Assembly: GCF_006345805.1 (NCBI RefSeq)
Contig: NC_043000.1
Span: forward strand, 151,094,001-151,158,000
DNA: 64,000 nt
DNA from: Octopus sinensis
Taxonomy: Eukaryota
Direction of reading: 5' to 3'
Both the position numbers and the translations under genes were made by a program. Shown piece by piece: positions 11,055 to 23,969 of this stretch. A model generated the notes under the pieces. That model was not told the DNA's origin, did no database searches, and was given only the letters and a program-made list of their open reading frames with translations. How positions within the stretch are numbered: position 1 is the stretch's first letter; every line of letters starts with the position of its first letter.

Positions 11055-11720
11055 GTGGAGTATAAATTAAGACATGACAGAGTTGGCCAATATCTCCACT
11101 GGCTAATAAGTCGGCATTACAATATCAAAACTGCCGACAAGTGGTATAATCACCACCCTGAGGCTGTAACTGAAGGAGAAAATGTAACCATTCTGTGGGA
11201 CTTTCCATACATACAGACCGAACCATCAAGGCCAATAAACCAGATATTGTTGTGAAAGACCAAAACAATAAAGTTTGCTTATTGATCGACATGAGCATCC
11301 CCTGTGATCATAATATCTCAGCGAAAGAGTTTGACAAGCTCAGAAAATATAAAGACCTACTCATTGAAATTGAGAAAATGTGGCATCTCAAGGCGGTTAC
11401 AATACCAGTGATCGTAGGAGCACTAGGAATGATCAAGAAGGGAACCGAAAATTATATGAGAATGATCCCTGGCTTACCATCCCTGCAAGAAGTGCAAAAG
11501 ATTGTCTTAACTGGTACATCACACGTATTGAGAAGAGCATTGTCGATGTGAGAACTGTTGCTGCTCATGTATTTTAATTTAACTTTAAAAAAAAAAAAAA
11601 AAAAATGATGAACGAACTACTGAGTTTGGTTTAATGGCCTACAATATACACTATGAGTTCTTTGCCCTAGGAGTCGGGAAGACACTCGGCAAGAAATGGA
11701 AGAAAATTTGAAAGAAGAAA
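11055..11720 (+). mobile_element. 5'-truncated R4/Dong-like (RLE) non-LTR retrotransposon inserted in (TAA)n
   Basis: YKLRHDRVGQYLHW...ILWDF, a frameshift near 11210, then HTDRTIKANKPDIVV...LLIDMSIP...KYKDL...IPVIVGALG...QKIVLTGTSHVLRRAL* (PD-(D/E)xK RLE domain). (AAT)n tracts lie on both sides (10913-11054 and from 11721). Confidence 0.85.
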
Positions 11721-11764
11721 TAATAATAGTAATAATAATAATAATAATAATACTAATAATAGTA

Positions 11765-11809
<45 letters not shown>

Positions 11810-11925
11810 GTAATGTAATAATATAATAATAATAAGTAATAGTAATAAGTAATAATAATAATAATAAAATAATAATAATAATAATAGTAATAGTAATACT
11901 ACTACTACTACTAATAATAATAGTA

Positions 11926-11963
<38 letters not shown>

Positions 11964-11980
11964 TAATAATAATAATAAAA

Positions 11981-12205
11981 CTCTTATTTAGGGCTGGGCT
12001 ACTCGGCCTAAGAAAATTCTAACTGCGCTCCACGTGCAAAGTCATGTGCTGCTTATCTTGATATGAGATCACCATGTCAAGCATATATGGTTGTGATGTA
12101 TGTGCCTGGTGTACCCTTATCAGAGGGGTAGTCATGATGGGTATATTGGGCTTCGTATATTTGTAGCCCAGTGTCACTTTGATGGCATGCACTGCTCTCT
12201 CACTC
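11981..12205. repeat. ~225-bp non-microsatellite insert embedded in (AAT)n, probable retroposon end
   Basis: Sharp boundaries with AAT repeats on both sides; no coding signal or second copy recognised in the window. Confidence 0.35.
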
Positions 12206-12224
12206 AATAATAATAACAATAATC

Positions 12225-12433
12225 CTTTCTATCATAGGCATAAGGCCTGAAATTTTGGGGGATGGAGTAAGTCGATGGGGTAAGTCAATACTTTACGGGT
12301 ATTTAATTTATCGACTCCAAAAGGATGAAAGGCAAAGTCGACCTCGGCGGAATTTGAACTCAGAACGTAGGAACGGGCGAAACACCACTAAGCATTTCTC
12401 GCGGCGTTCTAATGATTCTGTTAGCTCACTGTC

Positions 12434-12435
<2 letters not shown>
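12225..12435 (-). mobile_element. S1-B SINE flanked by (TTA)n
   Basis: S1 core and B box; tail B ends gatagaaaggattattg. Confidence 0.75.
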
Positions 12436-12467
<32 letters not shown>

Positions 12468-12471
12468 CTAA

Positions 12472-12544
<73 letters not shown>

Positions 12545-12939
12545 TCTACCATAGGTATCAAGTCTTGAAATTTGTGGTGAGGGGGATAGTCGATTACATC
12601 GATCCCAATACTCAACTAGTACGTAATTTATCGACCCCCGAAAGGGTGAAAGGCAAAGTCGACCTCGGCGGAATTTGAACACAGAACGCAGCGGCAGACG
12701 AAATACCTATTGATTTACTACCCACAAGAGGCTAAACACAGAGAGGACAAACATTGACAGACAAAACGAATTAAGTCGATTATATCGACCCCAGTGCGTA
12801 ACTGGTACTTATTTAATCAACCTCGAAAGGATGAAAGGCAAAGTCGACTTCGGCGGAATTTGAACCCAGAATGTAGCGGCACGCGAAATACCGCTAAGCA
12901 TTTCGTCCAGCGTGCTAACGATTCTGCCAACTCGCCGCC

Positions 12940-12940
<1 letters not shown>
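12545..12940 (-). mobile_element. S1-B SINE with an S1-A unit inserted in its head
   Basis: Junction gaaatacc|tattg at 12707/12708. The tail-A unit lies upstream (SINE sense) of the tail-B body. Confidence 0.78.
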
Positions 12941-13018
<78 letters not shown>

Positions 13019-13020
<2 letters not shown>

Positions 13021-13592
13021 CGAAGACAAACGCAACATTCCCAACAAACACGATGTAAACAACGAAGGGGAGCCTAATGATTATGATAATTTAAAAAAAT
13101 AAAATAATCAAAGAACTGAAAACCACAGAGCTCAAAATGGACCACCGACCATACCTCCCAAGAATCAAAACAAACAAAATAACAACACCTATTATAAACA
13201 GCATAAACCTAGCCGTCACTGAACTGATAGCCACTGAATAAAAAAAAAGTGATATCACTGAGCTAAATAACCTAATATACGCAGCAGCCACTGCAGCCAC
13301 AAAAGAAGCTGGATACTCACCCAAACCCGCCCAAACAGGAGTACCACCACCCAAACAAACCCTGTGGATAAATAACATCCAAAGCAAAATAAAAAAAATT
13401 AGAAAAGACCTGTCGATTCAGACAAATACATAACAAAAACACCAGGACTTACAAACACATATAACATACAGAAAATTGCACTACTAGGCACTGCACACAT
13501 CCTACACAGAACACTTTCCATACAATAACCATCAGAGCATCACAACAAATCACAGCACATACCCAAGGCACACTATAAAAATAAAACTACTG
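13019..13592 (+). mobile_element. Internally deleted R4/Dong-like element in (TAA)n
   Basis: Pre-RT region (DHRPYLPRIK...DITELNNLIYAAATAA...WINNIQSKIKKIRKDLS) is fused near 13420 to the C-terminus DKYITKTPGLTNTYNIQKIALLGTAHILHRTLSIQ*. AAT tracts lie on both sides. Confidence 0.75.
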
Positions 13593-14695
13593 AATAATAA
13601 TAATAATAATAATAATAAATGATAATAATGTATGAGTTGGATTATCAAAAGTAACTGAACTCATAAGTATGTTTTATTGCTTAAATCACCGGTATAAATT
13701 GCTTAGTGTACTATGCATTTGTGAATACATTTTTTTTCTGTCTCCCATGATTTTATCTCACGTTCAGCCGCTAATGACGCTTTCTTGAGAATCTAAATGA
13801 AGATAATTCTATGGCTGTCTGCAGCTGTCTCGGCAGCAAAAAAGAAAACGAAAAAAAAAAATATATATTTGTAAAATGTTCGAGATGTAACTTTTAAAAT
13901 TTTACTTTTAATTGTTATAATAAATACTGAGGCAATCTTAATCGTTCGTACCAAGAAATCTCCGCCATCTTCGAACGTTATATAGCACATACAACATCAG
14001 ACATTACAGCCACGAACGTACATATATACATACATATATTATACACACAAATAACAAGCAAAGTAGCTTGTCGTTAACCAGCTGGAGGAGGTGTTCTCCT
14101 GCGGTTAAAAAAAGTGTAGTAACAGCCATGTTGAAGTGGTAACGTACACTACTTCTTATATGATCATAAAATTGTAATTTCGTTTCGATGCGTTGTGTTC
14201 TTGAACAAAAATCTTTATGTCATGTTACACCAGTCCACTCAGCGGCCAAAAAATCAGTAACTCTGTAATGGACTGGCGTCTCGTCCAGGGGGAAAAAATT
14301 CATACACCACAGAATCCTCGAAACCGGCCTTATGGTTCGAGAAGGAACTTTGATCCTTATTTGATATGTATAAATACAACTCTGATTTGAGAGGGTGTCA
14401 ACTATGGAATTTACCTATGGACTCGTCATTGTTAAAAAGGAAAAAAGAAATGTATTTCTGAGAACTCAATTCTGCAAGTGGTTGATATATGATGAGATAA
14501 GGAGAACCGAAGCTGTCAGAAACAGTAACTAAATTTCCCTCAAACCACACTTCACCGCGTTAAAAAGAGGAAGAGCACTCTGGATAATGTAGTAATAGAT
14601 TATCCTAAAAACAAGGAATAGTTCCGGCTGGAATGTGTTTGATCAATCGAAGCTAACATGGGGCAAAAAACACCACCACCACCACCACCACCACC

Positions 14696-14747
<52 letters not shown>

Positions 14748-15227
14748 TGGATAAAACCCATGTTCCAGATACACTAGACTGTGATATGATATGTTTGGAA
14801 CAACAGATCAGTGGATCATGCCTAGTTACTCGGCGCCCTAGATCTGTGTGCCAAAGATATAAGGCGGCGTACTGCTAGCGTCATTAGAGCGTCTAGTAGA
14901 GTGCCTAGTGGCGGTTTTTCCGGCCCTCTACTTTCTGAGTTTAAATCTTTCCAAGGCAACTTTTGTTTTCCCTTCTTTTGGTGTCGATAAAAACAGTTTT
15001 GACAGAATTGTAAGAACACCGGGAAAGATGCTTGTGGTATCGCTTCCGTTTTTGCGTTCTCACATCAACATATGCTAAGAAGCTAGTATCAAACTGTATT
15101 GGTTCTAAGGCAGTGGTTATCCATAGGACAAATATCAGTGGCGTAGGAAAGAGAGGATTTTATACATAGGCAAGTGATAATCTTCCTTAAAAAAACCGCT
15201 CTATGATCATTTATCTTTTTTCAATCA

Positions 15228-15600
15228 TTACTTGTTTCAATCATTAGAATGCGACCATGCTGGGGCACCGCTTTGAAGAATTTTTAGTCGAATGAATCGA
15301 TTTCAGTGCTTTTTATTTTGTTAAGCCTGGTATTTATTCAGTCGGTCTTTTTTACTGAACCGTTACGTTACGGGGATGAAAACACACCAGCACTGTCAAA
15401 CTCTGGTGGAGGCAAAAATATGCACACACACACACATGCATACACGACGGGTTTCTTTCAGTTTCCGTCTACCAAATCCACTCTCAAAGCCTTGATCGGC
15501 TACAGTAGAAGACACTTGCCCAAGATGTCATGCAGTGGGACTGAACCTGGAACCATGTGGTTGGGAAGCAAGCCTCTTACCACACAGCAACGCCTGCTCG
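15228..15600 (-). mobile_element. Diverged S2 SINE
   Basis: tttcagtttccgtctaccaaatccactc...gtgggactgaacctggaaccatgtgg blocks shared with other S2 copies. Confidence 0.7.
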
Positions 15601-15812
15601 TACAGGTCTAGCTACATGGCTAACTCTGACCGATAGAGAGCCTTCGTTCTGTTCGATTAGAGCTAATCGAGAAGGGGCCATCATACACACAGCAACAACT
15701 GCAGCAGCAACAGTAGCAGCAGCAACAACTATTGCAGCGGCAACAACAACAACATACACAACGACAACGATGATAACAACAGCAATATACTTTATATATA
15801 TATTTTACACAC

Positions 15813-16050
15813 TTCGGGTGGCACGTGTCTTAGTGGTTACAGTGTTGGATTCATGATCGTAAGATTGTAATTTCGATACTTGAACTGGGCGACGCGTTGT
15901 CTTCGTGAAAAAAGCACTTCACTTTCACGTTGCTCCAGTCCACTCAGCTGGCAAAAATGAGTAATCCTGCGACGGACCTGCGTCTCGTCCGGATAGGGAA
16001 TATATAAGCCACGAAACCGGGAAACTGGCCTTTATGAGTGGAAAGGAACT
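15813..16050 (+). mobile_element. S4 SINE (tRNA-like head, central ttgagcaaaacactt...cagtccactcagctggc block)
   Basis: Homologous to 23132-23393 and 53999-54245; weaker copies lie near 14100-14350 and 16795-17030. Confidence 0.7.
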
Positions 16051-19000
16051 TTACTTTTACTTACGCACTTCGGCTTCTTCGCGAGCAGTATGTATCGAAC
16101 CTCTTCGTCTCTCGGAGTCAACATACCTTTCTTTCTCAGTCCGTCTTTCTTTCAAGTTATTTTCTTGCTACTCTCTTTTACATTATTTTATAAATTACGA
16201 TGCATGTCTCTGTCGCTAACTGCGTTTATTTGTTTATGTCAACCACCAAAATAATTAATTGTAAAATAAAAATTAAAGAATTACAATAAGCCAAACGTCC
16301 ATTCTCTCTCCCTATTTTCTTCACGTTTTCTTTCTTCTCCGTTTATATTTTTCATTGTCTCATTTCAAGATCTTGTGAGAACAGAAACTCTACCTCTTTC
16401 TCGTTCTCGTTCTCTCCCTTTTCTCTCCTCACTCCCTACCCCTCTATCCCTGACTGTTCCCCTCTGTCCCTGTCTTCTCCCCTCTATCCTTGTCTCCTCC
16501 CTCTCTCTCCCCTCTCTTACATATACAAAACAATGCACGCATACACATACAGTCATACATAGACGCACATGTGCACACATTCACGCTCACATATATATAC
16601 ACATCCACACCGACATACATACACGAATGAAATCCCGTGTGGTATTTGGTTACGTCCCTTTTACGTTCTGAAATCAAATCCGGTCCAAGACATCAACATT
16701 CCAAAGTCGATAATATAAATTCCAGTCAATGAAATAAGTCCTGGGAGTCGATGAGGTCGTTTGAGAACAGAAAATCAGCGAAATAGTGAAAAGTCAGGTG
16801 GCCTAGTGGTTGGAGTGTTCGGCTCAGGATCAGAAGGTCGAGGTTTCAAATCCTGAACCGAGCGGCGCATTGTGTCGTTGAGCAAGGCACTTAATTTCAC
16901 TCTTCTCCATTTCACTCGGTTCTAATAAGTACCCACTGAATTCTAGTGCAACTCTTTCTCCCACTAGCTGTCACATCTTGACCATTCCTTTGAACCACGT
17001 CAAGGGAATGTCCATACCTGTTCGCAACTTCGATATCTATATACCGCAAACAATTAGTGAAAGCATAATACGTTATCACGCGCCATTCTCGCTCGTGAGT
17101 GACGGCTGTTTTTTTTTCTTTTGTGAAATAACACACAAGAATGGTAAACAGTGATGCAGAACAAACTAGACATTTCCTAATATTTCCTATTCCACTTCAA
17201 ATGAAGATCGATTCGAACCAGTGACTCCCCAAATTTGCCTCCTCTTCAGTTTGTTCCATTTTCCCTTTCTTCAACAGTTCCATCCACCCCCCACTAACGT
17301 ACCCTCTTCCTTCTGAAAATATTCCATCGTCATTATTCTCCAGTGCCTCATCATTAGATATAGGAATGCACACTTTAGTAATTCGTGAATATAAAACTTA
17401 ATTATGTAATTTCCATAAGTAGATTAAATAAGAGTTTAGGGAGAGAGATTCCTATAGTCAATGTATATATATATATATATAGTCATTATATATCGCTTAT
17501 TCACTACAGACTAAGGGTTGAATCTGACAGGGTTTCAAGAGTCTACTTTTTGTGTCTGCTCTCAAAATAATATAATTGCAGTCCCCTGCTTGACGCAACT
17601 ACCATCTGCGAGAAGAGAGAGAGAGAGAGACAGAGCGAGAGAGACAGAGAGAGAGAGAGAGACAGAGAGAGAAGAGAGAGAGAGAGGAGAGAGAGAGAGA
17701 GAAGGAGAGAGAGAGAGAGAGAGAGATTAATGTATGTAGAGGTTTAAGTAAGGTAAACTATTTCAGAGTGTGTGTCTGACTAAGGAGCAGCTACATACTA
17801 ATGGCAGCCACAGAACGACAGTCAAAATGGGGTTGTTGGTTATCTGTATGTAGGTAGAAGGTAGCTCGTACATAAATAATTAAATAGAAGATACGTTTTT
17901 GATTTCATATCTATAAAGAGATATACTCTAAAGAGAATATATCTGTGGAAAATGATGAGATATGTTTCGAGTTTATGGCATTTAATCTCAAATAAAACAA
18001 TTATAAGTGAAAGTTTAATTGAAATAGGAAGCCTCTGTTCAAAGTATAAGATCAAGGTACTTTATAGTATCGATTAGTAGATTAAAAAGAAAGAAAAAAG
18101 GTAGCTGGTAATAATGTACCGACCGGCAACACATCTTCATTTTTAATTTTTTTCAGGAAAATATTTTCTTTTTAATTATTAACCGCTAGTTAACTCTAAT
18201 TAAATATTTCTATACTGTTTATTCCCAATCCGTTTTATTCGTTGCAAAGCGCGATAATATGTGTGTGTGTGTATGTGTGTGTGTGTGTGGTGTGTGTGTG
18301 TGTGTGTGTGCATGAGTGTGTGTATGTGTGTGTGTGTGCATGAGTGTGTGTGTGTGTGTGTGTGTATGAATGCAAAATTTTCTGCTTAACGAAGATGATT
18401 AAATAAGCCACAAGCCAGAGTGTCAATCAAATATCAACGGAATAATCCATGTAAGAGAAAAAAAAGGAAATTATTCGAATGTCTTAATTTCGACTGAGAG
18501 ACAACATGTGCTCCACCTACAGTGAAAGATCGTAAACAATTTTCGCCTGCTTCTCTTTCTGGTGGTATAAGAATAAATAGATAAATAAATAATAAAAATA
18601 TAAAAAATTCAAAAAAAAAAAAATTCAAGCGTACAAGAGTTAGAATTGGCAATGGCGAACAGTGCATTCGATTTACCCTCAGTTCGCATGGGTGCCGAAA
18701 TCAGCTGGGTAGGGCGTCTTGCTAGTCAGTGCCACCCTCGAGCCTGTCGCTGAGCAGCTAGTGTTGATCACTACAAAAGGTGCACTGGGACTGTCACTTA
18801 TTCAATTGTTTTCTTTAAAATACAAGATTATTTATTGTCGCACCATCTGCTAGATGGGCTCTGAACCTCCGTGTTAAATGCCGTGCAGAATACCAAGTAA
18901 CTGGGGATAATCTCATTATTGTTTTTTCTCCTTCAAATCAAGCATGGAAGTCTAATGAGCCCATAATTTCTGGCTAGCTGTGAAATGATACCGTTCGTGT

Positions 19001-19689
19001 TCTCTCATTATCATGTGATGATTTGCGCGCGCCCCCCGTACAAGCGATGTCAATGTGGCTCTGTGGCCTACCGTACAAGGGTCGAGCCGAGAGTCAAACA
19101 TCAGCGACGACCATCAGTGCGGTAGGCTTTATTGTCGCATAAGCCTCCCACCTCCTCGTTGCACGTCAACAGTTGAATGCAGGTCATTAAAGAAGATGTG
19201 ATCAATCACGCAGACGTATTTCGCTTCAGCAGCGAGCAGCGAGAATAGGAAGCATAAAGACTAATTTCATTATATAACAATAAGTAACCATCTCTGACAT
19301 CATATAGACACATCGTATAACATGCTTGAGGAATGAAGTGAGATGTCGGCAGCATCGAGCCACAGAAGATAATAGTGTTCAAATTACAGTCGATTGATTG
19401 TATCTTTCTTTCTAATGCATTGTCTTGTTTTTACGCAGACACTCACTTTATAGAAGCAATGATTACAGCCCAGAGTGCAACGATCTGTAATCTATAAAGT
19501 CATATTTCGGTGAGGTTACAGACAATTTTAAAATACGTGGCAGATAATTCAATATTATAACAATAACATCAACAATAACAACAACATTATTATTGTTGTT
19601 GTTGTTGTTATTATAATTATTATTCTTAATAATAACAGTATGGTTGCCTTTTAATATTGTTACAATTACCATTATATATAAATGCAGCA

Positions 19690-20145
19690 GATCGGAAGAA
19701 TAGCAGGCCGTACAAACTGCTTAGCGGCATTTTGTCCGTCATTATGTTCAGAGTTCAAATACCTATTTCTTTATTACCCACAAGGGGCTAAACATAGAGG
19801 GGACAAACATGGACAGACATAGGTATTAAGTCGATTACATCGACCCCAGTGCGTAACTGGTACTTAATTTATCGACCCCGAAAGGATGAAAGGCAAAGTC
19901 GACCTCGGCGGAATTTGAACTCACAACGTAACGCAGACGAAATACCGCTAAGTATTTCGCCCGGCATGCTAACGTTTCTGCCAGCTCGCCTCAGAGTTCA
20001 AATACCGCCAAGGCTGACTTTGCCTTTCATCCTTTCAGGGTCGATAAAAAAAGTGCTGACTGAGCGCTAGATTCGATTTGTTCCCCACCCTCGATGTATC
20101 CCCTTTCTTCTCGAATTTCAGGTCCTGTGCCTAAAGCAGAAAGGA
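19690..20145 (+). mobile_element. Old S1-B SINE interrupted by an inverted full-length S1-A copy (19764-19990)
   Basis: 16-bp TSD tcagagttcaaatacc at 19748-19763 and 19991-20006. Confidence 0.85.
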
Positions 20146-20777
20146 TTATCATTACTATCATCATTGAGATTGTTGTTTTTAATATTGTTTTAATAATTAC
20201 TTCTCATACAGGTAGTAGACTGAACGAATAGTGGGTCGGACAAAATGCTTAGCGGCATTTAGTCCGCTTTCCTAGTTCAAATTCTGCCGTGGGCAATTTC
20301 ACTTTTCCTTCTCGATAAAATAAGTACCAGTTGAGCTCTGGAGTTGATGCTATCGACTTACCCCCTCCCCCAAAATGACTGGCTTTGTGTCAAGATTTGA
20401 AACCAATATCGTTATGGTAATTACAATTATAAAGGCAGGAGATTGGAAGAATAGCGCGTCGGACAAAATGCCCAACGGCATTTCTTCAGAGATTGCGTTC
20501 TGAATTCAAATTCCGCTGTCTACCAATGAGGTCGATATAATCGACTAACTCCCTCCCTCTAAAATTGCTGATCTCGTGCCAAAATTTGACACCATTATGG
20601 TGGTTGTTGCTTTTAATATTTTCATAACAATTGCTGTTATAATGAAAGTCGATTGGAAGAATCGTTACAATGTAGGACATAATGCCTTGCGGTATTTGTT
20701 CCCGCTTCTATACGGTCTGAGTTCAAATCACACCGAGGGCAGCCACCAGCAGTAACAGCATCAGCATCATTCAGTAG

Positions 20778-20962
20778 AAGCGCAATGGTCCAGTGGTTAG
20801 GGCAGCGGACTCGCGGTTGTAAGAACGCGGTTTCGATTCCCAGACCGGACTTTGTTAGTGTTTAGTGAGCAAAAACACCTAAGCTCCACGAAGCTCCGGT
20901 GGGGAGGGGTGGTGAACCCCGCTGTACTCTTTCATCACAACTTTCTCTCACTCTTTCTTCCT
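20778..20962 (+). mobile_element. Partial S3 SINE
   Basis: gcgcaatggtccagtggttagggcagcggactcgcgg head shared with 22608 and 63266. Confidence 0.7.
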
Positions 20963-21640
20963 ACTTCTGCTACAAAACAGAGGAACCATGGTGTAACCCA
21001 CTATGGTGTGGTAAACTTTCAGACCCTAGTCTAGATTGCGAATCCTATGTACCCCAGGATGGTTCAGCTCTCCACCCGTTAAAAGCCACCGTTTACAGAA
21101 TGAGGATAACAACGTAGCTTTCGCGCCCGTGCAACCGCCAGCCCATCGCGTGTGGTGGGTGGATCTTCAAGTTGCCACATGCATTCTATGTAGCTTAGAG
21201 TTGGTTTGAATTAGAGATTATTCTTTGTGGCTAATGGCGTGAGTCCTGATTGGAAGAAGAAGAAGAAGAAGAAGAAGAAGAAGAAGAAGAAGAAGAAGAA
21301 GAAGAAGAAGAAGAAGAAGAAGCCGCAGCAGCAACGGTAGCAGCAGTATTAACTACAGGTATAAGAAGAGTGCTATGAGAGTTGGTATCTTTGCAAAAAA
21401 CACAAGAATAGTTAGGAAAGTCTCTCTAAAAGTAACACTAGCAGTCTGAGAAAACTTGGAGGAAAGAGTTTAGAGAAGAATGTCGTACTGTAACAGTCAA
21501 GGGCCGACGAATGAAAAGGCTTACATTCACACAGATAGTGAAATGTTAAGAATATGGAACGGTGTAGATGTCATTACTCTGGCCAGTCGATATGAAGCAG
21601 TGGTAATGAGATTCCTCTCAGAAGCTCGCACATATATATA

Positions 21641-21862
21641 TTTCTTTATTGCCCACAATGGGCTAAACATAGAGGGGACAAACAAGGACAGACAAAGGGA
21701 TTAAGTCGATTATATCGACCCAGTGCGAAACTGGTACTTTATTTTTCGACCCCGAGAGGATGAAAGGCAAAGTCGACCCCGGCGGAATTTGAACTCAGAA
21801 CGTAACGACAGACGAAATACCGCTAAGCATTTCGTCCGGCGCGCTAACGTGTCTGCCAGCTC
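21641..21862 (-). mobile_element. Full-length S1-A SINE
   Basis: Complete head to tail A; agctcgcacatata repeated at both ends (TSD overlapping head microhomology). Confidence 0.85.
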
Positions 21863-22126
21863 GCACATATAGACCCTTCACTGTCCCTGGAGATATGTAA
21901 GCCAGTGAATTGAAAAGGTGAAAGTGTTGGATGTAATGTCTGAATTGAACAACTAGTGATTGGTCGTATGTTTTTTATTGCAGGGAGAGGACAGAATCCT
22001 GGACGTGTAGACTACCCACAGGAAGATTGGTCCAGAATCGACATGAAAATCTTGGTTCTAATAAGACAGAAAAAATTTGGACAACATAGATAGATAGATG
22101 GATAGATATAGATAGGTAGATAGATG

Positions 22127-22166
<40 letters not shown>

Positions 22167-22607
22167 TAGAGAGAAGGGAACAGGGGCGGTGACAACAGTA
22201 TTTTCTTGTTGCGTAGCTCATATCCTGTAAATTTTCGAGTCTTAGTATTTTGGGTGAAGGAAATTAATGTCATTTTCTACTTAGTGACCAGTAGAATGTT
22301 GATTCTGGACTCTGTAGAAATTCCTTAAATACTATTATAGTTTCATGTGTACTGTTTAAGCATTTTAACTAGAGACTGGAGACTCACGGGAGCCTTTTAA
22401 TCGCTAGCAATCTTGGTCACTTGTAAAGTTACTCGTTAGTAATTCTGATCCATGCTTAAGGTATTGCCATAGTCTCCGTCTTCCTCTATCATAATCTGCT
22501 ACGTCTCCTTACTCGGTTGTACATTAACACTCTATGTGTTCTCCAATTATGTTTAGATTTTCGTTGGTTGTGGGGTATGTTTTAAAGCTATAATTACTTT
22601 AACGATG

Positions 22608-22960
22608 GTGGAGGCGCAATGGCCCAGTGGTTAGGGCAGCGGACTCGCGGTCATAGGATCGCTGTTTCAATTCCCAGACCGGGCGTTGTGAGTGTTTATT
22701 GGGCGAAAACACCTAAAAGCTCCACGAGGCTCCGGCAGGGGATGGTGGTGATCCCTGCTGTATTCTTTCACCACGACTTTCTCTCACTCTTTCTTCCTGT
22801 TTCTGTTGTACCTGTATTTCAAAGGGCCGGCCTTGTCACTCTCTGTGTCACGCTGAATATCCCCGAGAACTACGTTAAGGGTACACGTGTCTGTGGAGTG
22901 CTCAGCCACTTACACGAGCAGGCTGTTCCGTTGATTCGGATCAACCGGAACCCTCGTCGT
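22608..22960 (+). mobile_element. S3 SINE
   Basis: tRNA-like A/B boxes; 14-bp TSD ttactttaacgatg (22594-22607 and 22961-22974). Confidence 0.85.
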
Positions 22961-23131
22961 TTACTTTAACGATGTCTTAGTATAATATTTAAGATGTTTA
23001 TTTCAAAAACATGATTCTAATTGAAGAAATGTCCACGTTTTTCTAAATGCTCACGTTTTCCAGAATAATTTTCCTCTTTCGTTCTTCCAGAAGTTCTTTT
23101 CTTTTATTTTGCTTTTACTTTTCTTCAACAT

Positions 23132-23393
23132 GTGGAGGCTTGCGGCTTAGTGGTTAGGGTGTCAGCGTCATGATCGTAAGATTGTGATTTCAATTCCTGG
23201 ACCGGGCGACGCGTTGTGTTCTTGAGCAAAACACTTCATTTCACGTTACTCCAGTCCACTCAGCTGGCAAAAATGAGTAACGCTGCGATGGACAGGCGTC
23301 CCGTCCAGCTGAGGAACACATACACCATTGAAACCGGGAAACCGGGCCCATGAGCCTGGCTAGGCTTTAAAAGGGCGCATTTATATATGTATT
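23132..23393 (+). mobile_element. S4 SINE
   Basis: 13-bp TSD ttttcttcaacat (23119-23131 and 23394-23406); A/B boxes. Confidence 0.85.
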
Positions 23394-23791
23394 TTTTCTT
23401 CAACATACGCCTAACTTTCTATTTGACTAAGTAAGAATAGAGATTTTCCGTTTTGCTAATTTATAAAATACTTTCTCTTCCCATGTATTCTTTTAACGGC
23501 CTAGTGAGTTAAGGGTTGAACCTTGTTTAGCTTGCTAATTTCATGGCTACTGAGTAAACTATGATTGAGCGTGTTCAGATTTAGGTTTATTTCTGTGGAA
23601 ACATTACTTGGAGGGATCATTTGTAAAATGGCTATTCCCTCTCATAAATGTTCTTAGCTTTGGGAAATATTTCTAGTATTTTAGGTGTATTGGTTTTGTT
23701 ATGGTCAATTGTATTCTCTAGTGATTCTCTGTTTAAATCACATATTGTCGCTTCTAGTTATCCTGTTGCGTTAAGAGAATATGTCTGCCTG

Positions 23792-23792
<1 letters not shown>

Positions 23793-23885
<93 letters not shown>

Positions 23886-23935
23886 ATCATCATAGAATAT
23901 AAATACATACGTACATACATACATACATACATACA

Positions 23936-23965
<30 letters not shown>
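23793..23965. repeat. (TATC)n and (TACA)n microsatellites
   Basis: Directly visible. Confidence 0.95.
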
Positions 23966-23968
<3 letters not shown>

Positions 23969-23969
23969 G

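Noticed and set aside
21985-22090. Possible exon after ttttattgcag
   Set aside because: No donor site and stops in all frames before the TAGA microsatellite.
22608-22680. tRNA genes at S1-S4 heads
   Set aside because: A/B boxes are present but there is no complete cloverleaf; each continues into a SINE body with TSDs.
23303-23350. Hammerhead-like CTGAGGA…GAAAC in S4
   Set aside because: No U16.1/NUH triplet or helix I; the 53999 copy reads ctgggga.
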